Notes under the pieces: model-generated
What the model was told of the DNA's origin: nothing
Databases searched by the model: none
Seen by the model: only the letters and a program-made list of their open reading frames with translations
DNA from: a virus
Lineage: Duplodnaviria; Heunggongvirae; Uroviricota; Caudoviricetes
Direction: 5' to 3' (one strand)
DNA length: 30,120 nt
IMG/VR virus record: IMGVR_UViG_3300009703_000007
Span: 1-30,120 of that record
Shown here: piece after piece, positions 1-7,576 of the stretch
Numbering within the stretch: the first letter of the stretch is position 1
How the letters are laid out: each line of letters begins with the position of its first letter
Position numbers and translations under genes: made by a program

Positions 1-212
1 ACAGTAGCAAGACGCTCCTGCCACTCTTGATGACATAGCTCCCTTCGCCAGTTCTCCTCAACACCGCCTTTAGTTATCCCCAGCAGTCCGAATGTCGCGC
101 TAAAGTGCATACCACAGAAATGGCATACTGTTCCGTACCAAGGATCCTTGTCTAAAGGCCTTACTCCGCTAGCACCACACTCACCGCACACTTGTTTAAT
201 GCTAGAGCTCAT
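1..212 (-). CDS. CxxC-CxxC paralog family member (3' end truncated by window; not in ORF track)
   Basis: Manual translation gives MSSSIKQVCGECGASG...TVCHFCGMHFSATFGLLGITKGGVEENW...; ATGA overlap with the stop of 209..478. Confidence 0.85.
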   Translation of the reverse strand, partial: MSSSIKQVCGECGASGVRPLDKDPWYGTVCHFCGMHFSATFGLLGITKGGVEENWRRELCHQEWQERLAT

Positions 213-478
213 CTGTACAAACTGTTCCTCAGCGCAGTTAGCGCCTCAGTCAGTGACGTGTAGTACCTGTGCCCATGCTTATATCTCAGCTCATCTTCCT
301 TATTGAAGTCGGAAGCTACGTCCCACACTTCACACACTCCCGTAGCACGTATCGTTAGTTGGCCGTAAGGAGAAGCGAAAATCTCGTCACAGTCAACGCA
401 ATAAGAAAAGTAGTCGTTGTCTACGCCGCGCATAACGTTGCCGCCGCAGTGCGCACATACTTGTTCAATGCTCTTCAT
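209..478 (-). CDS. CxxC-CxxC paralog family member
   Basis: IEQVCAHCGG...CVDC...PYGQLTIRATGVCEVW. Confidence 0.85.
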   Translation of the reverse strand: MKSIEQVCAHCGGNVMRGVDNDYFSYCVDCDEIFASPYGQLTIRATGVCEVWDVASDFNKEDELRYKHGHRYYTSLTEALTALRNSLYR

Positions 479-803
479 TGTCCTTCAACATTCGATACAA
501 CGCATCGCGCTTAGCGCGCAGCTCCTGTACTTTGATGTAGTCTCCTGCCCGCAACGGGCTACCACTCATTAAGCTACCTAGGTACGACCCTCTGTAGTGC
601 TCCAGTTCTTTGTAATTATTTCTACTATTCCAGCGCTCTTCAACGCCTTCCTTGGTTATCACCAGCGTGCCGTAGGTGGTGTGGTAGGCACCACAGCATT
701 GACTACAGGACGCGCCGTAGCGCTTACCCGACGTACTAAAAACTATGGCGTCACTACTACAGTAGCCGCACACCTGCTTGATCATAGTACCGAACGACTT
801 CAA
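465..803 (-). CDS. CxxC-CxxC paralog family member
   Basis: IKQVCGYCS...CSQC...TYGTLVITKEGVEERW. Confidence 0.85.
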   Translation of the reverse strand: MKSFGTMIKQVCGYCSSDAIVFSTSGKRYGASCSQCCGAYHTTYGTLVITKEGVEERWNSRNNYKELEHYRGSYLGSLMSGSPLRAGDYIKVQELRAKRDALYRMLKDNEEH

Positions 804-1117
804 TTGTCCTCGTTGAATAGGTGTTTGCGTATTTGTGGTATGTGCTCACACGCTGCGTAGTCTGTGAATAGGGCCCGCCATCCCGTTCGGCGTAGCTCGT
901 CTAGAAGAAGCTGGTTGAAGTCTAGTGTTTCTCCTGCCGGTGTACAGTCCCAACGCTCAACAACGCCTCCCTTTGCCATTTCCAAGCACCCTACGGGACG
1001 GTAGTAAACGAGGTGGCAGTTGCTGCAAACGAAAGAGCTGAGCAGTTCTTTATGACTTATCAGCTTGATCGTTCCCACCGTATTGCAGGTGCCGCATTTC
1101 TTAGGCAGTTTAGCCAC
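800..1117 (-). CDS. CxxC-CxxC paralog family member
   Basis: LPKKCGTC...CSNC...PVGCLEMAKGGVVERW. Confidence 0.85.
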   Translation of the reverse strand: MAKLPKKCGTCNTVGTIKLISHKELLSSFVCSNCHLVYYRPVGCLEMAKGGVVERWDCTPAGETLDFNQLLLDELRRTGWRALFTDYAACEHIPQIRKHLFNEDN

Positions 1118-1424
1118 GCCAGAGCTCTTTGTATTGGGTTTCTATTTTGTTAGCTGTGACCGCATACGCGTTCATAACGTTCCTTCCGTTACGGGATGCC
1201 ACAGGCCCTACGTCTTCATGGTTCTCCTCGAACCACTTCTCAGACTCCTGATACACCCAACGCTCTTCAACGCCTTCTTTGGTTATCCCTAGTGTTCCTT
1301 TGGGAGCCCAGAATGGCGCCAGACAGTCTCGACACTGCGGCACCAGGTAAGTAGGCGTGCTATGGGGTTTAGGCTTTAAACTTACACTACCCGCACAGTA
1401 GTCACATGTTTGTGTGAGTAAGAT
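1110..1424 (-). CDS. CxxC-CxxC paralog family member with no canonical in-frame start (ATC start or frameshifted)
   Basis: The frame of 1110..1343 extends upstream as ILLTQTCDYCAG...VPQCRDC...PKGTLGITKEGVEERW. There is no ATG/GTG/TTG before the first CxxC. GAGGAG lies 6 nt before ATC at 1424. Confidence 0.65.
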   Translation of the reverse strand: MLLTQTCDYCAGSVSLKPKPHSTPTYLVPQCRDCLAPFWAPKGTLGITKEGVEERWVYQESEKWFEENHEDVGPVASRNGRNVMNAYAVTANKIETQYKELWRG

Positions 1425-1725
1425 AGCCTTCTCCTCTCCACAGGAGCTTGGCCTGCTTTATTAGGTATCTTACAACGTTGCCTGTCGTTGGCGAGCTTAC
1501 GCCGGCCCTTCGTATTCCGTTAACTGCTTCGGTCCAGTCATTATTGGGCTTGTCTACCCAAACCTCACTAATACCTTGGGCGCTCCACGTCAAGTACCCT
1601 GCACGCTTCCAGAATCTGGCATCACAAGCTAGACAAAACACGACAGAAAGTTTGTTCTCAACAGCGTCTGCTATGCGGACCTGGTTAGCTGTTCCGCAGT
1701 GTTTACATACCTGAACAATCTTCAC
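1402..1725 (-). CDS. CxxC-CxxC paralog family member
   Basis: IVQVCKHCG...CLAC...RAGYLTWSAQGISEVW; AAGGAG RBS. Confidence 0.85.
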   Translation of the reverse strand: MKIVQVCKHCGTANQVRIADAVENKLSVVFCLACDARFWKRAGYLTWSAQGISEVWVDKPNNDWTEAVNGIRRAGVSSPTTGNVVRYLIKQAKLLWRGEGYLTHTNM

Positions 1726-1738
1726 AGCAGTCTCCTTG

Positions 1739-2038
1739 TTAGTTGTTTAAACGTTGCCTCACTTCCTTTTGCCTGTTGACAAGCCGATTTTCGAAGTTTT
1801 CTATACCACCAAACCTTGAAGGATGCGTAGGGTAGTTTTTGGCGTAGTAAGCATCGCTGTCTCCGCAAGCCCAACGCTCAACCATGCCGTTCTCAGTCAT
1901 TATCAAACGTCCTGCAGGTTGCCAGAACATTATGTAGCATTCAGGACAATGCATAAGGCCGAAATAAGTGGCGATGCTGCCAGGAAGTACCGGGCCCGCA
2001 CAGAACCCGCATTGTTGAGGTATAGTGGTCATCGCCAT
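1739..2038 (-). CDS. CxxC-CxxC paralog family member
   Basis: IPQQCGFC...CPEC...PAGRLIMTENGMVERW. Confidence 0.85.
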   Translation of the reverse strand: MAMTTIPQQCGFCAGPVLPGSIATYFGLMHCPECYIMFWQPAGRLIMTENGMVERWACGDSDAYYAKNYPTHPSRFGGIENFENRLVNRQKEVRQRLNN

Positions 2039-2322
2039 ACCTTTCTTTGTGCTTGGATTGCCTCAGCTATGCTCACAGCTCTTCTAGGATCCCTAGAAGG
2101 GGCTGCGTAGGTAATGGAATCCTTTACATACCACACTTCGTACACTCCATCATTACGTAGTTCCAAACGGCCTCCAGGTTGGTAATAACGTATTTTACAC
2201 GTCGTACACTCCGGAGGAGTAAGGCCAGCCTTCTGGCTGGGGTGGGGATGTTTGACACGCGACTCTACGTCAACGAAGCCTTTGCACGCGTTGCAAACCT
2301 GCTTTATGCAAATCATCGCCAC
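2029..2322 (-). CDS. CxxC-CxxC paralog family member
   Basis: IKQVCNAC...CTTC...PGGRLELRNDGVYEVW. Confidence 0.85.
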   Translation of the reverse strand: MAMICIKQVCNACKGFVDVESRVKHPHPSQKAGLTPPECTTCKIRYYQPGGRLELRNDGVYEVWYVKDSITYAAPSRDPRRAVSIAEAIQAQRKVWR

Positions 2323-2660
2323 ACCTTTGCTTGCTTTGTTGAAAGATCAGAACGCACCTTTTTACTCCGAGCGAATCTTAGCTTAGATCGGCCTGTGTTG
2401 GTATAGTGGCGAAAACTGGACACGGATCCTACCTGCTCTGCGTCGAATTTCCTGTTGGCCTTAGGACACCAATGCTCTTCCAAGCCAGCAACGCCCATGA
2501 CGAGCTTTCCTCTGTCCATCCAGAATGTGACACAGCAGTAGTTGCAGCCTAGTACGCGCCAGGCCCCGTTCTTGCCAGGCCCTGCAAGCCTGGCTGTTTT
2601 CTTTACGGCTTCTTTGCCGCATCCTCCACAGACTTGCTTGATGTTGAGCATCCGGTCCAC
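2313..2660 (-). CDS. CxxC-CxxC paralog family member
   Basis: IKQVCGGCG...CNYC...DRGKLVMGVAGLEEHW. Confidence 0.85.
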   Translation of the reverse strand: MDRMLNIKQVCGGCGKEAVKKTARLAGPGKNGAWRVLGCNYCCVTFWMDRGKLVMGVAGLEEHWCPKANRKFDAEQVGSVSSFRHYTNTGRSKLRFARSKKVRSDLSTKQAKVWR

Positions 2661-2959
2661 CTTTTGTTTTGTGCAAATGCTACGTCTTGACTTAGCTCGT
2701 TGAGATCTACGCTGTTACTCAACGTCCGTTGGTAACGTCCCAGCTGTATAACGCCTTGTTCATAGTCCCAATGCTCTTCCACGCCTCCACTTACTAGTAC
2801 CAGAAAACCAGCGCTTTGCCAGAAGAATACGTCGCAGGTCCAGCAGCACCGCTGGCCGGGCCGTATTACGTGCACAGCGGCTTTCAGCGTATCCGGAACA
2901 TCCTCGGATAAGGTAGGCTCCCCACCGCACCCTGTACAAACTTGTTTGATACCGCTCAT
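2603..2959 (-). CDS. CxxC-CxxC paralog family member
   Basis: IKQVCTGCGG...CWTC...SAGFLVLVSGGVEEHW. Confidence 0.85.
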   Translation of the reverse strand: MSGIKQVCTGCGGEPTLSEDVPDTLKAAVHVIRPGQRCCWTCDVFFWQSAGFLVLVSGGVEEHWDYEQGVIQLGRYQRTLSNSVDLNELSQDVAFAQNKRWTGCSTSSKSVEDAAKKP

Positions 2960-3243
2960 CGATACATCCCCTGCTGTAAGTTACGTAGTCTGTCTTTTAC
3001 GCTGTTTCCTACGGAACGGCCTAGTCCGTAAGATCTGTCTAACGAAACGTGGTGCGCTCCATGGTCTTCCCTGGTCCAACGCTCCTCAACGCCGTCCTGG
3101 GTTAGGCGAAGCGTCCCTGCCTTCTTGTAAATCACTGTTCCGTAGCAATGACCACACCAAAGAAAGCCTCGTTGGGGGCATATCGTGATAGGACCTCCGC
3201 ACTCAGTACATACTTGCTTAATCTTGGTGTATGTCAACGCCAT
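2956..3243 (-). CDS. CxxC-CxxC paralog family member
   Basis: IKQVCTECGG...CGHC...KAGTLRLTQDGVEERW. Confidence 0.85.
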   Translation of the reverse strand: MALTYTKIKQVCTECGGPITICPQRGFLWCGHCYGTVIYKKAGTLRLTQDGVEERWTREDHGAHHVSLDRSYGLGRSVGNSVKDRLRNLQQGMYR

Positions 3244-3632
3244 ACCTCGCCTTGGGCTTTGATTTTCCTTTGGAATATGCTTTGCTTAGCGTCGAACCAG
3301 GCCATTCTGATCGGATCACCGTGTATATCTACTTTGCGTTCTTGTCTAGCGTGCTCAGCGATTAGTTCTAGAGTTAGATCAAGCTCGTTAGGCGCAGAGA
3401 AGTGCTCTGTCAATCCGTCGGGTCCAAGCTTCAACTCCCCTACCGGCTCCTGTATTCCCTGACCGCACGTGACACATATGAGCACAGATACACAAGTGTC
3501 CTTGCAGACAACGAAACCCAGGCTCAGACTATGTCCGAACTCACAGTAGCCTGGGATTTTAAACGTCGGGTGTCGGATTCCTATATAGAGGGGCTTGGCG
3601 TGGTTTCTGCGCCTCGCCTCTTCTTTAACCAT
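3234..3632 (-). CDS. divergent CxxC paralog family member
   Basis: IPGYCEFGH...CVTC...PVGELKLGPDGLTEHF. Confidence 0.75.
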   Translation of the reverse strand: MVKEEARRRNHAKPLYIGIRHPTFKIPGYCEFGHSLSLGFVVCKDTCVSVLICVTCGQGIQEPVGELKLGPDGLTEHFSAPNELDLTLELIAEHARQERKVDIHGDPIRMAWFDAKQSIFQRKIKAQGEVWR

Positions 3633-3868
3633 TCTGCTTCCCTCTTAGCAGAGTGTATAAACAGGTCTACAAACTCGTCTCCGCTAAAGTTCGTGCCTGG
3701 ATTGCCAAAGTTCTCAACAACTCCAGTCCTGCTTAGGCTTAGTCCCTTATTTGCGTGGTAAAACTTATGGCATGTCTGACAAAAAGCTCCGTCTGGGATG
3801 TTGTCGGTCACAATTCTTGTTGCATCGTGTCCGCAGGGCAGTCGTATAGGTATAGCGTCGCCTGTCAT
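3581..3868 (-). CDS. divergent CxxC paralog family member (first gene of array)
   Basis: LPCGH...CQTC...NKGLSLSRTGVVENF; ATGA overlap with 3865..4554. Confidence 0.7.
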   Translation of the reverse strand: MTGDAIPIRLPCGHDATRIVTDNIPDGAFCQTCHKFYHANKGLSLSRTGVVENFGNPGTNFSGDEFVDLFIHSAKREAEWLKKRRGAETTPSPSI

Positions 3869-4554
3869 AGAATGGGTCGGTTCTCCCCTATGGGTTCCTT
3901 GTCCACATTCTTAGTGGTGTGCTCCATAAGCTTCGCTACGTCAATGACGTCAGAGCCCTCAGGGAGCTCGGGGAGCGCATCGTCGTGCTTGTACAGTCCG
4001 TACACGTCGTTCAACACATCCGCCGTAGTATCCAAGTCCCACCACGTAGTGATCACTGTAGACTCGTGGTCGTTCAAGTAGATAGCAGTGTAAGGAATGG
4101 TGGACCCTGCCTCCTCCATAGTACGAAGGTAGGCAACGAGGCTCTTGTTGATCAGGACTATCCCTGCTGTGCGTGTGCGTATCTTGGCGAAGGGCTCAAC
4201 ACCCGGCAGCAGCGGTTTGTTGGAAGTAGAGTCGTAGCTGAACGCTGGAACAGGGTTTGGAGGGGCCCATCGCTGAGACGGAGAAGGGTGCCAGGGTATG
4301 GGTGTAGGGTTTACGTGCATGGTCTTGACTCCGGTGTTTAATATATCCTGGTAAACTCCATTCCCGGTAGTAGTGACGGTGCGCGTGTAGGCTTTGCTCA
4401 GTGTATTCTTGATATCGTCTATAGACTTGTTGAGGCTGTCCAAGCGGGCTTGGCTGTTGTCGTTGTCGTACATGGGTTTTGATCTTCCTGATAAAGTTTT
4501 GGGTGTAGCCCTACTCCAACTGTCGTACATTTCGGGCAACGCTGATCTAGCCAT
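3865..4554 (-). CDS. hypothetical protein
   Basis: 229 aa ORF, GAGG RBS, coupled to the array. Confidence 0.75.
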   Translation of the reverse strand: MARSALPEMYDSWSRATPKTLSGRSKPMYDNDNSQARLDSLNKSIDDIKNTLSKAYTRTVTTTGNGVYQDILNTGVKTMHVNPTPIPWHPSPSQRWAPPNPVPAFSYDSTSNKPLLPGVEPFAKIRTRTAGIVLINKSLVAYLRTMEEAGSTIPYTAIYLNDHESTVITTWWDLDTTADVLNDVYGLYKHDDALPELPEGSDVIDVAKLMEHTTKNVDKEPIGENRPIL

Positions 4555-4570
4555 AGTGTAGTTTTCCTCA

Positions 4571-4620
4571 AGCTAAAAGAGAGGAGAAAAGAGGGCGTCG
4601 TTGCTCCAACTTTTCTCCTC
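4571..4620 (-). terminator. hairpin + TTTTAG element
   Basis: Stem GAGGAGAAAAG / CTTTTCTCCTC followed by TCTTTTAGC on the minus strand. Confidence 0.65.
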
Positions 4621-4653
4621 CACCTTTCTTCAGGTGCTGAACCCTGATATTAG

Positions 4654-4667
4654 CAAGGACTTATACC
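4654..4667 (-). promoter_or_regulatory. GGTATAAG-N5-G promoter motif
   Basis: GGTATAAG TCCTT G. Confidence 0.7.
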
Positions 4668-4669
4668 AG

Positions 4670-5443
4670 TCAACCGATAGGGTTTAGAGGAAGGCGCTCA
4701 TGGAGATGCGTGAGCACCGCCAGCACTGCCTTGCTAGGATTATCCGTAGCAACCCCTGGTATCTTGATAGCAGATCCGTTGTTCATCTTGCCATCATCCA
4801 GGATGGCTCTGTTACGCGTTTCGTACTCAGGTGCGTCCAAGCCAGTAGGCTGGCACCCCACCTCGATGTCCTGGCGTATGCGGTAGATGCTGACCCAGTA
4901 TTTCTTGGCGTAGTACAGGCCCAGGACTTTGTACATACCCACGCCCGTACCTTTGAAGTATCCTCTGTAATCTCCACGCACTGCGTCTGTTTCAGTGTAG
5001 CTTGGTAGGTCAGCAGCCATCACTGCCCACTGGATAGTATCCAGAGCAGATTCAACGTCAGCATGGTTGGACATGTACTCCATCAGCACACTGAGCTGCG
5101 TTGGTGCGCTGCTATGCGTTGCAAGCATGTCCTCCCAAGCAGCCAACCCGTAAACAATGTCCTGAGGGTTGTTGAGGTATAGGCGCAGCTCTCTAGCGCT
5201 ACCTGTCCACACCTTGTTACCGAACTGCACACGCCGATGAAACTGAGCTTCTCCCTGCACGTCCCACCCTCCCAGTACCTTCCCTGGCCCCAATGACTTA
5301 TGTATCACAGGAGCGCCTTCGAGGATGCCGATGCCAGGAGGACCTTGAAGTATCTCACCAAAGGCTACCGGGCATTCGTCGTACAGTATCGGCATGTGAG
5401 AGACACTCCTGTATTCTCTTTGATGCGCGTCGTCTGTGTTCAT
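4670..5443 (-). CDS. hypothetical protein
   Basis: 257 aa ORF with GGAG RBS. Confidence 0.8.
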   Translation of the reverse strand: MNTDDAHQREYRSVSHMPILYDECPVAFGEILQGPPGIGILEGAPVIHKSLGPGKVLGGWDVQGEAQFHRRVQFGNKVWTGSARELRLYLNNPQDIVYGLAAWEDMLATHSSAPTQLSVLMEYMSNHADVESALDTIQWAVMAADLPSYTETDAVRGDYRGYFKGTGVGMYKVLGLYYAKKYWVSIYRIRQDIEVGCQPTGLDAPEYETRNRAILDDGKMNNGSAIKIPGVATDNPSKAVLAVLTHLHERLPLNPIG

Positions 5444-5460
5444 GGATTCTCCGTAATAAC

Positions 5461-5490
5461 CTAAAAGGACTTACGGGATAACCCAGCCTT
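5461..5490 (-). terminator. AAGGC..TAAG.CCTT hairpin + TTTTAG element
   Basis: AAGGCTGGGTTATCCCGTAAGTCCTTTTAG; near-identical to 7539-7569. Confidence 0.6.
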
Positions 5491-5502
5491 GTTCGTGGCA
5501 GC

Positions 5503-5886
5503 CTACGCTACCACTTTATTTTCGTTAGGGTCGTCTGGGCCACGCTCGGCCCAGTAGTCCCAGGTGAGGACGTCCTTGGTCCAGGGCACGATGCGCTTCT
5601 CATACAGGGGCCGGACCGGGTCGCCTCTATCGAAGAGCAGCCAGTCCTGTCCCAACCGAGAATCCATGTTCACTTCCTGGCCCTCTATGAGCTCCAAGGA
5701 AGCAGGGATGAGGCGATGGGTGTAGTGGGCCTGCTCGTAAAGGTCTGCGCTGACGCCAACGTCCCCGAGACGAGATACAGCGGTAACTACGACGGTCTGG
5801 CCTTCAATCAGGCCACACTCTCGCGTGAGGATCCGGAACTGTAGTCCTTTCATCCAACCCCAAGGTACTTCGAAAGAGAACGCCAT
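5503..5886 (-). CDS. hypothetical protein
   Basis: 127 aa ORF in the minus-strand gene run. Confidence 0.75.
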   Translation of the reverse strand: MAFSFEVPWGWMKGLQFRILTRECGLIEGQTVVVTAVSRLGDVGVSADLYEQAHYTHRLIPASLELIEGQEVNMDSRLGQDWLLFDRGDPVRPLYEKRIVPWTKDVLTWDYWAERGPDDPNENKVVA

Positions 5887-5889
5887 GAC

Positions 5890-6309
5890 TTAGCCTTTCA
5901 GTGGAGGAGGAGTGAGCGTAGCGCCCGGGATGCCGAACATGTACTGGGAGAAGGTTTCGTCGCCTTCCTGGCCCATGTTGTGAAGGATGTAGTTGTCCTT
6001 GCTGTCGTTGACTTTCTCCACCAGGTAGTGGACCAAGGGGTTCTTGATACGGCCCAACGCAGTCCTGAGATCGCCGGGGTCGACTTCCGTCTTCCCAGAC
6101 AGCAACGCATCCTTGGCTTCGAGCCACACGTAGCGAAGCCCAGAAGAGCTGCCTTCGTCAGGCCACGCCGACTTTGGGTCCAACGCCTCGCAGAGACGCA
6201 TCAGCCTAGCAGCGCTGCAGCGAGGGTTCTTGGCTACCCAGGTGGGGCTGAAAGGAGGCTCCGCTCCCTTATCTACTACTGGAGTCACCTTGTGTGTAAG
6301 CTTAGCCAT
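5890..6309 (-). CDS. hypothetical protein
   Basis: Start moved to the ATG at 6309 (MAKLTHK), which has a GGAGGAG RBS and overlaps the upstream stop. Confidence 0.7.
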   Translation of the reverse strand: MAKLTHKVTPVVDKGAEPPFSPTWVAKNPRCSAARLMRLCEALDPKSAWPDEGSSSGLRYVWLEAKDALLSGKTEVDPGDLRTALGRIKNPLVHYLVEKVNDSKDNYILHNMGQEGDETFSQYMFGIPGATLTPPPLKG

Positions 6310-6580
6310 ACCTTGTTTCTCCTCCATTTTCCCAAGCTCGTGACACGGCACCCAGGAAGTTTTCGTTGCGTACCTCCGCAACTATTGGTTGATCACCGTT
6401 AGGTAGTACGGCCCAGCATTTCGCTGCGCACCAGTACCCACCGGACATTTTCTTGTAGTACTCCATTTCAGCGAAGTACGCCACAGAACGAACGGCGGCA
6501 ATGCCGGCGTCGCGCTCTGCGTTGTTCTGGGCTATGAAGCCTGGTTTTGTTGTCATTGGCTTATACCATTTAATTGTCAT
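6302..6580 (-). CDS. hypothetical protein (start uncertain: 6580 or 6556)
   Basis: ORF coupled to the next gene; a promoter motif lies between its two 5' ATGs. Confidence 0.65.
   Translation of the reverse strand: MTIKWYKPMTTKPGFIAQNNAERDAGIAAVRSVAYFAEMEYYKKMSGGYWCAAKCWAVLPNGDQPIVAEVRNENFLGAVSRAWENGGETRYG
6554..6567 (-). promoter_or_regulatory. GGTATAAG-N5-G promoter motif
   Basis: GGTATAAG CCAAT G. Confidence 0.6.
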
Positions 6581-6625
6581 CTAAAACAAGGGCTTACCAC
6601 CACGTGAAAACGTGGCTGCCTTGTT
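6581..6625 (-). terminator. AAGGC..TAAG.CCTT hairpin + TTTTAG element
   Basis: AACAAGG CAG CCACG TTTTCA CGTGG TGGTAAGC CCTTGTT TTAG. Confidence 0.6.
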
Positions 6626-6631
6626 GAGCCG

Positions 6632-6922
6632 CTACCGAGCGTCGAGCGTGGAGTAGCTTCGATCCTGCAGGAGACGTCCGTCGTAGTACAGCTTGGCCTG
6701 GCGGGGGCTGTCTTCGAACTTGATGCCCATGGCCGGGAAGGCCGGGGTCATCTTGCTGGCCCACTCCTTGATGCCGATCGCTCCGTAGAGCTTCAGCAGA
6801 GCGATGGCTCGCTTGTGCTTGGTGGGATCCGTAGGGATCCGTATACAACGCAGGCCACCCGAAGGGGCCATGAACGTCGTGTATACGTGTTCCTTACGAT
6901 CGAGGTTGTACTGAGGCTGCAT
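6632..6922 (-). CDS. hypothetical protein
   Basis: 96 aa; promoter and GGAGGAG RBS upstream, hairpin downstream. Confidence 0.8.
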   Translation of the reverse strand: MQPQYNLDRKEHVYTTFMAPSGGLRCIRIPTDPTKHKRAIALLKLYGAIGIKEWASKMTPAFPAMGIKFEDSPRQAKLYYDGRLLQDRSYSTLDAR

Positions 6923-6938
6923 CTCTATTCTCCTCCTT

Positions 6939-6952
6939 CACAACCTTATACC
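6939..6952 (-). promoter_or_regulatory. GGTATAAG-N5-G promoter motif
   Basis: TTTTAG GGTATAAG GTTGT GAAGGAGG. Confidence 0.8.
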
Positions 6953-6997
6953 CTAAAAACAAGGGCTTACGCGCTAGAGCCCAGCCTTGTTTTTAGG
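6952..6997 (-). terminator. AAGGC..TAAG.CCTT hairpin + TTTTAG element
   Basis: 13-bp perfect inverted repeat CCTAAAAACAAGG / CCTTGTTTTTAGG, abutting the promoter. Confidence 0.7.
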
Positions 6998-7207
6998 TTA
7001 CCTGTGGTTACCGTGCTTCAGCACCTTCTTGGCCTCTTCCCACGTCAGGCCGATGACGACGCTGCTGCCGGGATCGCCACGAACGTTCACTTCGATGCCC
7101 TGCATGCTCTCCGTCAGGTAGACCATGTGGGAGGGGGCGAAGAGACGAGCGGGGCCAGGGACCCGATCACCGCTCTTACGAGTGAATTCAACGTACCGAG
7201 TTTCCAT
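6998..7207 (-). CDS. small hypothetical protein (weak FlbD/SwrD-like pattern)
   Basis: Start reassigned to the ATG at 7207 after GAAGGAGG. Confidence 0.7.
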   Translation of the reverse strand: METRYVEFTRKSGDRVPGPARLFAPSHMVYLTESMQGIEVNVRGDPGSSVVIGLTWEEAKKVLKHGNHR

Positions 7208-7222
7208 GCTGGGTACCTCCTT

Positions 7223-7236
7223 CACTATCTTATACC
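7223..7236 (-). promoter_or_regulatory. GGTATAAG-N5-G promoter motif
   Basis: GGTATAAG ATAGT GAAGGAGG. Confidence 0.8.
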
Positions 7237-7253
7237 TTGATTAGGGCCGAGTT

Positions 7254-7511
7254 TTAGCTCCCCAGACCTACGTCAGGGTTAGGATGGTGCGATGATACAT
7301 TTCCATACGGGTTCAGGTCCCGGATGTCCCTCATGATACTTTCTATCGTGTGTACCTTTGGGTCTAGGAAAATCCTGTCTGTACTAAACCCTTCTCCTGT
7401 GTGCGTTATCACCTGCACATAAATGCTTTCCCTACCCTCACGGATGTTCTGTATGCCATGGGGTTGTATGGCTAAACGGCCACCGGCCTTTAAGGATAAA
7501 ACAATAAACAT
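7254..7511 (-). CDS. small hypothetical protein (weak FlbD/SwrD-like pattern)
   Basis: MFIVLSLKAGGRLAIQPHGIQNIRE...; AAGGAG RBS. Confidence 0.7.
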   Translation of the reverse strand: MFIVLSLKAGGRLAIQPHGIQNIREGRESIYVQVITHTGEGFSTDRIFLDPKVHTIESIMRDIRDLNPYGNVSSHHPNPDVGLGS

Positions 7512-7538
7512 AACTTTACTCTCCTTGGTTATTACTAG

Positions 7539-7569
7539 CTAAAAGGACTTATGGGTATAACCCTGCCTT
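7539..7569 (-). terminator. AAGGC..TAAG.CCTT hairpin + TTTTAG element
   Basis: AAGGCAGGGTTATACCCATAAGTCCTTTTAG. Confidence 0.6.
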
Positions 7570-7576
7570 CACCGCC

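Noticed and set aside
2029-3245. C-terminal VWR as a functional protein motif
   Set aside because: The Trp codon arises from the overlapping ATGG/GTGG start of the next gene, so it is better explained at the DNA level.
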